A stretch of 64,000 nucleotides of DNA from Psammoneis japonica (taxonomy: Eukaryota). Under the pieces are notes generated by a model, which was not told the DNA's origin, ran no database searches, and was given only the letters and a program-made list of their open reading frames with translations. Both the position numbers and the translations under genes were made by a program. The stretch spans positions 558,001 through 622,000 of the forward strand of contig QPGO01000002.1 of NCBI GenBank assembly GCA_008632985.1, in the 5' to 3' direction. Shown here in pieces: positions 23,861 through 36,455 of the stretch (positions are counted from its first letter, which is position 1; each line of letters starts with the position of its first letter).

Positions 23861-25780
23861 TCTTTCAGCTCTTGAATCTCCACCACACTTTTGCACATGC
23901 GAGGACAGGCGCTTCTGGCAATAACAGCAGCACCGGAAGCACCAAAAAACAAATGAAAAAGGACGTCCGGGAGGCTTCCAAAGCCTCGGAAATGATTGGG
24001 GCAGCGGTGGTTCCATCCGGAATTGCTTCAAGCCGCGACTTTGTGAAAGCAATTCGTGGGTCTCCATTGTCACTCGGACAAAAGGAGTGAACCATGCAGG
24101 TCACGATCAGCACAACAAGAAACGTGAGAAGGCGCCTCATGGTGAACGGGACGGGACACGGGACCGCCGCAACAACCGTCACAAAGTGAGCAAGAAAAAT
24201 GAGGATGACGTCAGGCGAGGAATCAGGAAAGCGTGCTGCGTACAGACGGGTGTGTTTCGGACAAGAGCGAGCACAAGAATGCACCTTGAAAGTAAACAAC
24301 ACAAGAAATGAGTGCCTGTGACTCACCGGTGTTTCAATTTTGTCACAACGTCCACCAAGTTTGTTTCACCATCTTCCTGTCTTGACACCCACTGTGACAG
24401 CTTCCCAAAGCACATGATCATTTGTCACACTCGCGCGCTTTTGTTTTCTTGTGTTGTGTGTGTGGCGGGGCAGAGGGACTCCACAGAGTGTGCCAACATT
24501 TTTGCAACTCCACTGTCACAAACTGCACTTGCGGGGCCCTCAACATGCATGCAAAACATCCACAATTTGTGCTGCAATCTTTTTTTTGCCATGTGCAAGA
24601 CAACAGCCAGCCAGTTTGCTCCCAAAAAAGCAGCAGAGCCAACACTCTGTTCTCGCAGTGTTTTCTCTCCTCTGCTTCTCTTGCTTGGCCAAGCCACAGA
24701 GGTGCGCTCTGGACATGAGTCAAAGCCCTGCTGTGTGACCTCCATGTCACCACATTTTTAGCATGATTTGTGTTGACAACAGAGCAGGTGGATGATGCTG
24801 ACCAGACTTTCTTTCAACAGTTTGGTTGGGGGCATCTTTGGCAAGATGCTTTTTTCTTTCTTCTTCCCCACATCATTGCNNNNNNNNNNNNNNNNNNNNN
24901 NNNNNNNNNNNNNNNNNNNNNNNNNNNNNNNNNNNNNNNNNNNNNNNNNNNNNNNNNNNNNNNNNNNNNNNNNNNNNNNNNNNNNNNNNNNNNNNNNNNN
25001 NNNNNNNNNNNNNNNNNNNNNNNNNNNNNNNNNNNNNNNNNNNNNNNNNNNNNNNNNNNNNNNNNNNNNNNNNNNNNNNNNNNNNNNNNNNNNNNNNNNN
25101 NNNNNNNNNNNNNNNNNNNNNNNNNNNNNNNNNNNNNNNNNNNNNNNNNNNNNNNNNNNNNNNNNNNNNNNNNNNNNNNNNNNNNNNNNNNNNNNNNNNN
25201 NNNNNNNNNNNNNNNNNNNNNNNNNNNNNNNNNNNNNNNNNNNNNNNNNNNNNNNNNNNNNNNNNNNNNNNNNNNNNNNNNNNNNNNNNNNNNNNNNNNN
25301 NNNNNNNNNNNNNNNNNNNNNNNNNNNNNNNNNNNNNNNNNNNNNNNNNNNNNNNNNNNNNNNNNNNNNNNNNNNNNNNNNNNNNNNNNNNNNNNNNNNN
25401 NNNNNNNNNNNNNNNNNNNNNNNNNNNNNNNNNNNNNNNNNNNNNNNNNNNNNNNNNNNNNNNNNNNNNNNNNNNNNNNNNNNNNNNNNNNNNNNNNNNN
25501 NNNNNNNNNNNNNNNNNNNNNNNNNNNNNNNNNNNNNNNNNNNNNNNNNNNNNNNNNNNNNNNNNNNNNNNNNNNNNNNNNNNNNNNNNNNNNNNNNNNN
25601 NNNNNNNNNNNNNNNNNNNNNNNNNNNNNNNNNNNNNNNNNNNNNNNNNNNNNNNNNNNNNNNNNNNNNNNNNNNNNNNNNNNNNNNNNNNNNNNNNNNN
25701 NNNNNNNNNNCTCAAACCATTCTCTGCACATGCCAGTGTGCTCAAACACATGTTTTCTGCCAGAAGCTGTGGCCCCAATG
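23861..25780 (+). repeat. Second copy of repeat X without the LTR insertions, spanning an N gap
   Basis: Collinear similarity to 1-295, 13516-14096 and 14940-15020. Confidence 0.8.
24880..25710. other. Assembly gap
   Basis: Run of N. Confidence 1.
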
Positions 25781-27589
25781 TCTGTGACATGTTTTGGTGC
25801 TTGCCAAGAATGAAACTTGTTGACAAACAAAATCATTGCATGCGTGCTGTCTCTGTCCACCAATCTTTAATTTTCTCACTTGTTGGCTGTGCATTCATGG
25901 AAACATTCATTCATGAACAGCTTGATTGTGAAACTTGTTGACAAACAAAATTGTTGCAAACATGCTAACTCTGTTCAGTTGTTGGTTGTGCATTTTTACA
26001 AATGTTAAGTCACAAATGATTTGACCATTTTTGCCTGCGTGGCCCGATTTGCGGTTGGCGGACACACATTTTTTCACACCACACCACCACCACATTGACG
26101 CCAACAGCCGCAATGATGTTGACACAACCCCCGTGCTTCAATGTGTGTTTGTTCAATGCATCTCCTCTCTTGCACACAATTGCTGTCATCTCTTCATTGT
26201 AGATGTGAAAAGTGTCCCCTGTCTTGTTCATGCTGTGTGCTTGATTTGTGGCACAAGAAATGTCGGCCACACTTGTGTGGTCTCGTGCCAGCCATTTGCA
26301 ACCATCACTGACCCATGCTTTGATGTTCATTCATCCATTTCTTTCTTTGCTCACACTTCTTTGTTCCATCTCTTCTTTGTGTTTTCAAAAAGATTGTTTT
26401 GTCTTGTGTTTGCTTTTGGCGGGGTCTGTGAAGAGCGGGCATCTTTCATGCCAACTGCGGCATGTGCCAAAGCCTTCTCCTGGCTTTCCCGGCTGTTGTG
26501 GCAGTGCTCTTTTCAACTGAGGCAGTGGGTGTGTTGGAAGCCAGGAACCAGGATCTTGAGCATGTGGAGGGTGCATTTTCTTTGTCAGGTGTCCGCCGCC
26601 AACATGGGGAGTGCACCTGAGACAGTGGCTTCAGCTGCGACTGTAAGATCCAATGCAAGGCAATCAAAAAGGCCAAAAAGCTTGGAACTGTGGGTGCAAG
26701 AGTGGGAGGCAATGCAATGAAATGACAAGGACAGTTGAAGCAGCCAAAAAAGCTTCTGGATGCCACAAACTGAAGCACAAGATGTTCATCAAGTGGTTTC
26801 AATGCTGTCGTCAATTCGGAGAGACACCGGCCAAATGAGTGTGATGCATGATGCCACCAATGAAAATGAGGAAGTGACAGCTTCAGACAACAGAAGAATT
26901 TGGTTGGTGTTGCCACTCCATTTTATGAATCGATTGGTGTCCAACAGATTGGACAAACAGCAAAGATGTGTTCTTGGAAGCAAGGAGAAGGCCTGGTGCA
27001 TGTGAGAAAGGCACTTGGCGCTGCACCTGCTGCTGCTGGAACTGCTGCTTGGGACTGTGGTGGGGTGGGGTGTATTCCGCCAAATTGTCAACACTGACAC
27101 ATGTCAGTGGAAACGCCCCATTCTTCACCCATGGAATGTTGAAGGTGCCAAATGGGGCTTGTGCCGCATGCATGCTGACACCATCTGATGCCGACGGTTG
27201 GCTCAATTGCTGTGACAATGGATTGATGCTGCTTCTTCTTGTTTGACATTTTCTTGACTCTCCAAAGACTTTTTCAAAGGCATTTCCAGTGCTCGTTTTT
27301 CTCCATTTTGGCCTGAACCCTGACAATGACTTTGGCAAGCACATCCCCACCCAACGCTGCAGGAAGAGAAGCACTGGGAAGAGCAGGAAGAGTTGCTCAG
27401 ATTTAAACTTGCCAAGGCATGGTCTTTGCATCTCATGGAGCAAGCAACACTGCTGCTGCTTGGAAAGCCATTGCCAGATGACAGAGACTGGGAAAATGTC
27501 TCATCTTCTTCCCTCTTGCCATCGCTGCAAATGAAGACAATTGCCAGAGTTCATCAGCCACACATCCTCAGTTCCAAGGGGTTCACTCT

Positions 27590-28035
27590 TGCAACACACA
27601 GCTGCTGACAAGAGTCAATGTATCACGGCGACGTGCCCACAGCCTTTAAATGTCACAAAGGGCGTGACAAAATAACCTTTTGTCTGCATGCGTGCTTTGT
27701 TGTGAATTCATGGCGGAGTGGCACATCGCAACCACTGGGCAGGAGGCCAGGGGTTCGAAACCCTGAGTGGGAGTTGTCTGCAGCAACGTTGATCACTGTC
27801 GAATGCGCAAAACTCTGTGCAGTTCTGTGTGTTCCTTCGCACGTGCCCACACTGTTCCGCCAAAACCGTGCAGTGTCAGCACACGTCAGCAAAGAGCCGC
27901 ATGGACGCGTGACACATGGGGAGGAGTGCAACACACAGCCACTGATGAGAGTCAATGTGTCACGGCGACGTGTTGCAGCCTTTAAATGTCACAAAGGGCA
28001 TGACAAAATAACCTTTTGTCTGCATGCATGCTGCA
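27590..28035 (+). mobile_element. TRIM-like miniature LTR element, copy 1
   Basis: ~110-bp direct repeats at 27590-27699 and 27927-28035; PPT GGGGAGGAG at 27918-27926; CTCT on both flanks; second copy at 58074-58520. Confidence 0.88.
27711..27765 (+). promoter_or_regulatory. tRNA-like Pol III internal promoter inside the TRIM
   Basis: A box TGGCGGAGTGG at 27711-27721; D-stem GCGG/TCGC; B box GGTTCGAAACC at 27752-27762. Confidence 0.7.
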
Positions 28036-28059
28036 CTCTGGTGGCAAGTTTGACGACAT

Positions 28060-29950
28060 GTCTTTTGCTGGTGTCTCCAGTTGGAGCAACAAACTTGCTG
28101 GGGGGGGGGGTGCACCATGATGCACAGGCCAGTGCCACTTGAGAAACTGGGATGGATCATGTGGTGGTTCTCCACATCATCATCATCACCATCAACGCAC
28201 ACTGGTTTGAGTTGCTGCCTGCATGACATGCACCCCAAACGCACTCAGCCTGCGTTTGTTGAGTGGTTTCTTGACCCAAGTGTGGTGTCTTTGCAATCCT
28301 GATTTGGGAAGCTGCAAGCCATGTCTTGGGCAGCAGCAGCAGCAGCCCCTTGCATGATTCCTCCACACAAGAAAATGCCCAGCTGCACAAGGTGTGAAAG
28401 CACCGCACCCACAGATGTGGCAAAGGAGGTTCACAGCATTCTTGGGATGGCATTGGAGGACTCCAGTGGATTGCAGAGGATGCAACAACAACATCAATGG
28501 TTGGGAAGCAAAGGCTTTGTCTTGTGTCCATGCAGCCCTTTGCCTCTCTGACATGACTGGGTTTCTTGGCCCAGCTGCACCACCTGCAAAAACAAGAAAG
28601 CCATCTGTGCAACAGCGCAAGTGCTCTGTCATTTTGGGGTGGCCTTGGAAGACTTGATCAGGTCCCAGAGAATGCAACAACAACAATGGTTGGGAAGCAA
28701 AGGCCTTGTCTTGCATTGGTGCAGCACCTTGTCTCTCTGGCATGGCTGGGTTTGACCAAGCCAAGGACCTTCCTGCTGCAAGAAAGACGTGGGAACTGTC
28801 TTTGTGACAGTGCAAGCACTCCATGTTGTCTTGGGACATTTGCAAGAGACTCCATTGGGTCCTCAAGGAGGCAACAACAACAGCAGTTGTGAAGGAAAAG
28901 CCTCATCTGGTTGTGAGTTTGAGTGCATGTCTTGGTGCCTCCAACTGGAGCAACAGGCTTGCCAAGGGGTGCATGGCACATGAACGGTGCACAGGCCAAG
29001 GCTGCTCAAGAAACTGAAGTGGAGCATGCAGTGGTGGTGCCCCCATGTTCCAGCAAACATTTGCCAAATGCCAAGCCAGATCATCATCATCACTGTCAAT
29101 GCACATTCGCTTGAGTTGCTGCCACCTGCATCATGACATGGGCCCCAAAGAATGCACTCAGTCTGCATTTTTTGAGTGGGTTCTTGACCCAACTGTGGTG
29201 TCTTTGCACTCTTAATTTTGGAAGCTGCAAGCCATGTCATGGGCAGCAGCACAGCAGCCCCTTGCATGATTCCTCCACACAAGAAAATGCACAGCTGCAC
29301 AAGGTGTGGAGGCACCAGCCAACCTGCAAAGAGAAAAGGGAACCATCTGTGTGATGGTGCAAGCACTGCATTGTCTTGGGATGGCTTTTGGCAGCTCAAC
29401 CTGCAAGAAAGACAAGGGAGTCATCTGTGTGACAGTGCAAGCACTCCGTTGTCTCAGGATGGCTTTTGGTGGCTCAACCTGCAAGAAAGACAAGGGAGCC
29501 ATCTGTGTGACAGTGCAAGCACTCAGTTGTCTGAGGACGGGCACAAGAGACTTTGTTGGGTCCAGGAGGAGGCACAAAACACACGGTGGTTGGGAAGGAA
29601 AAGCCTTGTCTTTGGCCAATGCAGCCCCTTTTCTTTCTGATGTGATCAGCTTGCTTTGGTGACCAAGCCACCGCCCCACCTGCAAAGGCAAGGGAGCTTT
29701 TTGTGGACAGCACAAGTGCCCAGACGTCTTTTGCTGGCCCCTTGGGTGATTCCATTGTGTCCCAGGAGAGCCAACAACAACCTTGGTTGGGGAGCAAAGG
29801 CTTGTCTTGTGTCAACAATGTGGCCCCTTTTCTTTCTAACATGACTGGGGCCTTCTTTGGCCCAGCCAACACACCTGTGCAGAGACCATCGAGCCATCTG
29901 TGTGACAGCGCAAGTGACCAGTTGTCTTGGGATGGCTGTGGGAGGAGACT
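28060..29950. repeat. Degenerate tandem-repeat region (~0.9-kb duplication plus ~78-bp units)
   Basis: ~28175-28405 is similar to ~29080-29315; AACCTGCAA-starting units at 29321, 29398 and 29476, with related units at ~28580, ~28770 and ~29890. Confidence 0.7.
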
Positions 29951-32900
29951 CCATTGGGTGCCAGGGTGTGCAACAACAATTGTGGGAACTTTGTGCCAGC
30001 GCATGAGAAGCTCAAGATTTTTGGTTGCAACAATGGCTGGAGAGTGGTGCAAGCCCACATTGGCATGGTGGGCAGCAGCTTTGTCATTGTGAAGGCAGCA
30101 GCAGTGGTGGCAGTTGCCGGGTTTGGACCATCAGCCTGCGCTGCAGCAGCTCCAGCAGCAGAGCCTTGGTTTCTCTGAGGGCTCCTGCTGCTGAGCTCTT
30201 GTGGCTGAGATTGAGCTTGAGATTTGCCAGCTCAACCTGCACAGCAAGACTGTGAAAATTTGCATCTTAACAAGAACACATTGACATGATGAAAGCTGTG
30301 CAGCAAGACTGTGAAAATTTGCATCTTGACAAGAACACATTGGCACAATGACAGATGAGAAATTGACCGACTGCCAACACACATGTAAAACCTGCATGAA
30401 TGGATGATTCATCAAGTCATTTCAATCATTCAAACCTTCAAAACCAAATGTGAGCATGGAATTTTAAAACAAAATTGTCACTTAAAAAATGATGCTGACA
30501 GGAATCACCAGACAGACAGACTCGACATTGTTGCAAAAACACGAACCATCATTTCCTCACAAGACACAAAAGACAAGGCTTGTCAAACATTGTGACACCA
30601 ATGACATCATCAGCAAGGGAAGGCAACAAAAGAGCATCAGGGGGGGGAGGACAATGCAGAACACAAGGCAAGAGAGAGGCAGGAACTGAGGAGTCAGTGA
30701 GTGCATGGAGCTTGGGCAACAATGCAAACAACTGATGATTTTGCCAATTTTTTAACTCAGACATGATGTTGATGACATGCAAAGGGAGACGGAAGGAAAG
30801 ACGGCCCTGCAGGGGCCACACAAAGGTGAGCAAAGCATGTTCAAAACAATGCAAGCACACAATGCTCTCATCTGTTGTGTGCTCTTTTCTCTTCTTTGCA
30901 TGCGATGCTTTGGCAAACTGGCACAAAGCCTGAAAGAGACATGGTTGCATGCAAAAGCAAGCAGAAGTGCTGTTTTTGTCAAGACAAGCAGCCCATTCAA
31001 AAACAAAGCACACACACAGTGCTCTGATCTGTTGCAAGCTCTTTTCTCTTCTTTGCAGGCAAAGCTTTGGCAATCTGGCATGACAAGCAAAAGAGACAAG
31101 GTCACAACATGGAACAAATGACAGGATTGTGCTTGGCAAGCAAGAGCGGATGCAAGGGTCTGCAAAATGAGCAAAGCATCATGCCATCACTGCAGCATGG
31201 GAGAACTGGCAGGAGACAGGAGAAAGCCAAGGAGGGAAGAGCAGGAAACAGGAAGCAAGAACACGTTCACTGCAGAAATGATGAAACACAGCTCTGGCAC
31301 AATCACATTGCAAGAAACATGCAGCCAATGTGAGAGCATCTTAACACAACAAATGAATGTTGCAGTTGTCAGAAATGAACAATGTTGCAAAGCAGTTGTG
31401 GTTGCACCCTTGTCAAGAAGCTTCAATTGTGAATGTGAGCTGAACAATTTTAAAATCATTGTCACAATCTTGTCAAGATTGAATGAAGAATTAGAGTCAT
31501 TTTCATTGAGTGTTAAAGCCTGCTTGGAATGTTGAAAAAATTGTTGAAATTGATTTCGCACAATTGATGAGCACTTGTTTCTGCTCTCTGCTCTAGCTAG
31601 AGAGACATGCTCCACCAATGTGGCAGAGAGTTGCTCGCTGGAGGACTGCTGGCATTTGCTGTGCCCGGCCGGAGCTGACACAAAATTGTGGGCAAACCGT
31701 CATGGCGAATCATTGAACCACTGTCTGTCCTCGTGAAGTTGCTGCCAGCATCCATGAAGCCACCACAGCCAATTTGGTGACTTGCGCGGGGGCGGAAGTG
31801 TGGTGTGCCCCCCCCAGGTGAGCAGACTGCCGCCACCCTGTCCTCATCTGGCTGCTTAGAGCAGCAGCAGTGCTCATCATCAAATGCTTTCACACAGTGC
31901 TGGAGCCACCCACCTTCTGGCTGCTTGCCTCTGACTTTTCAATGTGCCCCCAGCCCACCCTCCAGAAGAGAGCAGAGTGTTTTGCTGTGCACGAGGTTGA
32001 GTGTGGGCGCTGCCCTCTTGGGGGGGGGGGGGGAGGGGCACCCAGAACAGAGTGTCAAGTCCTTGTCTTTCACCAAGGCAGTGTGCTTGTGATCTGGGGA
32101 GATCCTGTGCCCCTTTTGATCTGCTTGGAGATTGATGCCCCCCGCCACTGACATCGCCCAAAAGAACACCATGCCATGATGAGGACTGCACTGGTGCTCT
32201 CAGCTCTGTGAGAGCCTGGTCGTTGTGCCGTTTGCATTTTGATGAGGTGTTTGTTCTGCTGGGCATTTGTTGCTTCTCTCTTTGCTGCCTGTTTCTTCAT
32301 CTTGCTGGTGTGAGGCATGATCTCAAAGATGATGACAATCTTGGATGTGTGGATGCTGCTCATTTGAAAATGTGGTGCAAGTTTTAAACTTTTTTGTGGC
32401 TGGTCAATGGGCATGTGAACAATTTTCAGAAAAGTGGGGAAAATGTCTGAGTGGAATGCCACACATGATTTTTGTCGGGAGATGACCAAGTTTGTCTTTG
32501 GTTGGTTGCATCATCTGGGAGCAGGAGAGAGCTGTCAAGCACACAGCTTCTTTGGTGTCTTGTTGTTGCCATGCCAGAGAGCAAAAAAACTCCTCACTCC
32601 ATCATTGTGGACCAGCACACTGGGAGCCCATTGACAACACAAACTTTGACAGAACAAAGCACCCACAGCTCTGCCATGGTGCTGAGCACAAAGAAGGTGA
32701 AGCAGAAAGCAGCTGGTGGCACAAAATGGCTCTTTTGTCACTTGCCTCATGTGGCAAGCTGGGGCCAACCAGCAGAGAAGGGCTTCTTGAGAGTGCTGCT
32801 TCTTGCCATGTCTCATCCACAACTCTTGCTGAAAACAAAAAGATGCCCATGTCATCAACGATCATCAACTCACCATCCCCTCAGAGCAGAAAATTCTCTC

Positions 32901-34825
32901 CTTCAACCTTTTGTTTGTCACATGCCCACAGGTCAGATTTTGTGAAAATCCAGACACCACCTGTGGCACCAGCAACTCTGGTTGCCACAACACAAGCACT
33001 GCTGGTTGAGTCAGACAGCACTCATGATCAGAGGCAATGCAGCTTGCTTCAAATGTTGGTGTGGCCAGCAACCAGCACCCTGGCTGCAATGAAGCAATGC
33101 CAGCCAGCGCAGCAACAGCACAGAGGGAGGAACAGCTGCTGGGAGCAGCTCACAAAGTGGCAGCACTGGCAACACTGTGCAAGCATTTAATTTTGGTTTA
33201 ACTCAGCTGGACACACCCTTGCAACAAAGGTGCGGCAGTTTCTCACACCATGTTGCTGAAATCAATTTAGTTGGAGGAGCCACTGGAGCCATTTGACAAA
33301 ATTCATGCACTGATGGTGGTGCAAAAATGTGCTCCAAAAATGGGTCAGGTGCAGGGGGGAGCTGAGGATCTGTTTGACAAGCAAACTCTTGCAATGGTGG
33401 TGTCACCTCTGCTCATGCAAATCATACAATGGACACAACCGCTTTGCTGGCATGGAGCAACTGAGCCAAAATCTGGCAGCAGCCAGCAGCAGCTAGGAAA
33501 TGTGTTTGAGAAATGGGTCAAATGGAGGTTTTGGGTCTGCTCCTGCCTGGAGAAGAATCAAACAACAATGGTGACAACAGAGCATGCCGTCTGAGTGGTG
33601 CTTGAGTGATCTTTGATGCTGCTGTGAGAGCTGCTGGGCCAAAGCCAAACAATGGAGGAAGATTTGAGATGTGCGCTGCTCTGACAGGTGTGCAGCAATG
33701 CAAAGATTGGAGGCTGCTTCTGTTGTGCAGCCCAAGCAGCACTGGCATGGGTGCAATGTGTGCTCAAAATGGCCTTCTCAAAGTGAAAAAGTGGGGACAA
33801 CACAACACCAGATGTTGAGGAGATTGCTGGCATCCAGTGCATGAAAACAACAGATGCCTGTGTGACCTGCAGTGGGAGCAGAGCAAGCTCTTGCCATGTC
33901 ATCAAGGGGGGTGTCTTGCACATTAAAAAAAGTCATCAATGTGGTGCAAGAGCCATCAAAACTTGACACTCAAGTTCCAGCGCACATCTCAAACATGTCA
34001 TGGCTTCTCCACCTGCCCAGCACATGCCAAAGCTGTGTTGCAGATGTGACCTCAAACAAGCTGAAGCCAAGAGACAATGCCCAACAACAACAGTTCAAGA
34101 TGAGCAATTCCCAGCAGTGGAGCACAATGTCATCTGGAAAGAAATGAAAGCGAGTGCTGCACACATGCACTCTGCCAGGCTGCAGTCTTTCGATGAGCTG
34201 GCCATCCCTCGAAGAGCAGCCATCAGCCAAAGAGTCGAGTGCACAAAAAGTCAAAATCCACAATGCAGCAAGTGGCAATCAGGTCAGCAAATGCAAGCAA
34301 TTCTACTGCAACATGCATCCACCCCACCAGCTTGGTGCCACTTGTGTCTGTTGTGTGTGTGCAGCCACACTCAGGTGTGGAACAGCCTCAGCAGCACTGG
34401 CAGGCAGCAGCACAGGTCAGTGTGCAGCAAACCACACAGCAAATCTGTTTCAGGAGCAATTTTTGATTGCAAAAGTGGAGCAATGATCGTTTTCCTTTCG
34501 GCGCCATTCCACAGACAGCATTCGATTTCAGCAGGTGTTAATCTGCTGATTTCTTGTCTTAGACCTGGTGCTTTGCGTCGACTCCTCCTCCCTGATGCGT
34601 GCACATCCGCATCCTGCGACGTTACGGTGTTGTATCGCGCTCTCCCCCCCGCGCATCGCCAATCGCCACACTGGACCACACCGGCATGGATGGATTGACT
34701 CTTCACTGGCGTTTGCAATAGCATCCTCTTCTTACTTCCCTCCTAATCACCCTCCTTTCATATCAGCAGCATCAACTGGTACTCCCAATATGATTGATAC
34801 TGGTACAGAGAGAGATAGAAGCGCA

Positions 34826-35771
34826 ATGGGTTTGAAGATTGTTGCTCGAGGTGCAGCTGTCGTGTTTTGCGCTTTGATTGTGCTGGCAGCCTTGAATGTT
34901 GTAATGCTTGACGAAAACTTCAGAAGGTTACTACCGGTATCCAACGGATACAACTTCCTCGGTCATTTATTCAACTGATAAAACAACTCTGTCAGTAATC
35001 GGACACAGCAATGTCTCATCTGGAGTCAACGACGAACCCAACGATCGCGTTGTGCTCCCCAAGCGACTCTTTACGATCGTTGGATTAGAATCATCTGGCA
35101 CAACATTTCTAGCCAATACAATTGCCGAAGCGGTTGGGGCGAAAAAAATTGAACCTTTTGGAGAGTTGGTGCGCAAAACTAACGACAATTCGACAGTCGT
35201 CTTGCACGTGTCTCTGCCATTTGGAATGCCACTCGGGACGAATCCTACCCTGCCTATTATTGATGTCATTCCTCCTGTGGAATGCTCGTTGTGGCCCTTG
35301 ATTAATAAGCGAAAGGAGCCGATAAATCCTCATTGTTTTAAGGAAACCGGAATCAAAACTAGAAAGCAAATGCCTCGGCGTTTCATACTGAATCCAACCT
35401 CTCATGCGCAGTGGTACAGCAGCCGTGGTGTACAAGCGAAAACAATCATTATTGTGAGAGATGATTATGCTCACTTTATCGGCAAACTCAAGTATCAGCC
35501 TCGGCGTCAGGATGCGCTCAAGGAAGATTTGATAGCAAAAAAGCTGTTTGTGGAGGCACTGGAACGTCTTCCTCCGGATGATGTTGTGCTTGTCTCGTAT
35601 GAAGTACTCATGTCATTACAAGCTCCAGCTCTTTTTGATTTGTACAAGCAATTGGGCATTCAAAGTGATTATGTTCCAACGTTTTCCAATGGCAACAAAA
35701 ATTACATACGAGAACCGCTAGGCTGGAGTATTGATCCCGGCGCACATCGGGATGGAAACCTGAGGAAATGA
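34826..35771 (+). CDS. Type II membrane sulfotransferase-like/P-loop protein, paralog 1; apparent frameshift at ~34920-34980
   Basis: Hydrophobic anchor in ORF 34568-34978; body in ORF 34908-35771 (GLESSGTTFL; VSYE); collinear with 42745-43680. Confidence 0.7.
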
Positions 35772-36455
35772 ATGGATTGCGCACGTTTCCTCTAATGCAA
35801 TGCGAATACCGGTAGGACGTCGCAGTCACCACTTACGGTTGCTCTGCACTGCGATGCATGATTGCAGCATGGTGGCTTGACCCTTAAAGTATTGACCAGA
35901 TATATCTTCAAAAGTAGGGAGATACAACTGAGAACAACAACTACAGTTCTTGCTGCTCGCGCATCTCTTGATCATTGGATTCCTCCGGGAGTGATCAGCA
36001 GTCCTGTCCACGTCCTCTTCCACCTTCTTCCTCGTTGTCGCCAGTTTCCGGCTTGTTGGCAACTTGCCAACTAAAAAGTCAATGCAAAACGTCAAGAGAT
36101 AGATGAGGAAATGAAATGCAGAAACTGCGGCGTCGAATGACAAAACTCGCGATAGTCATCCTTGTGGAGCTTCCATCTTATTTTTCACTTTCGTTTCAAA
36201 ATTGATTCTCGAAACGAAGCGCAAAGGCCACGGTCCATAAGGTAAGAGAACCTCGAACAGAATGGTTGGAGTCTGTTGGAATTCTTCTGCCTCCAGATAG
36301 AAATAATCGGGCGGAAGCCTCTAGATCATGGATGGACTCAAAAATAAAAAATAAAAGGTGCTGTGCAGGTTCACCGAGGAATCGAGTTTTCATTTATTAC
36401 AGCCAGCGTTTCAAAAGCAGTCCATGTGCGATTATGGATTCCTAATACAACTAAC

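Noticed and set aside
27704..27780. Functional tRNA gene
   Set aside because: Anticodon arm and acceptor stem do not form properly; the segment lies within a dispersed element
29321..29530. CRISPR-like array
   Set aside because: Whole ~78-bp units are similar with no unique spacers; eukaryotic context and no cas genes
25711..34500. Many overlapping 60-230-aa Cys/His/Gln-rich ORFs (also 14.8-16, 52.3-54.5 and 60-64 kb)
   Set aside because: By-product of TAA/TAG loss in TpA-depleted DNA; no recognisable domains and open in several frames at once
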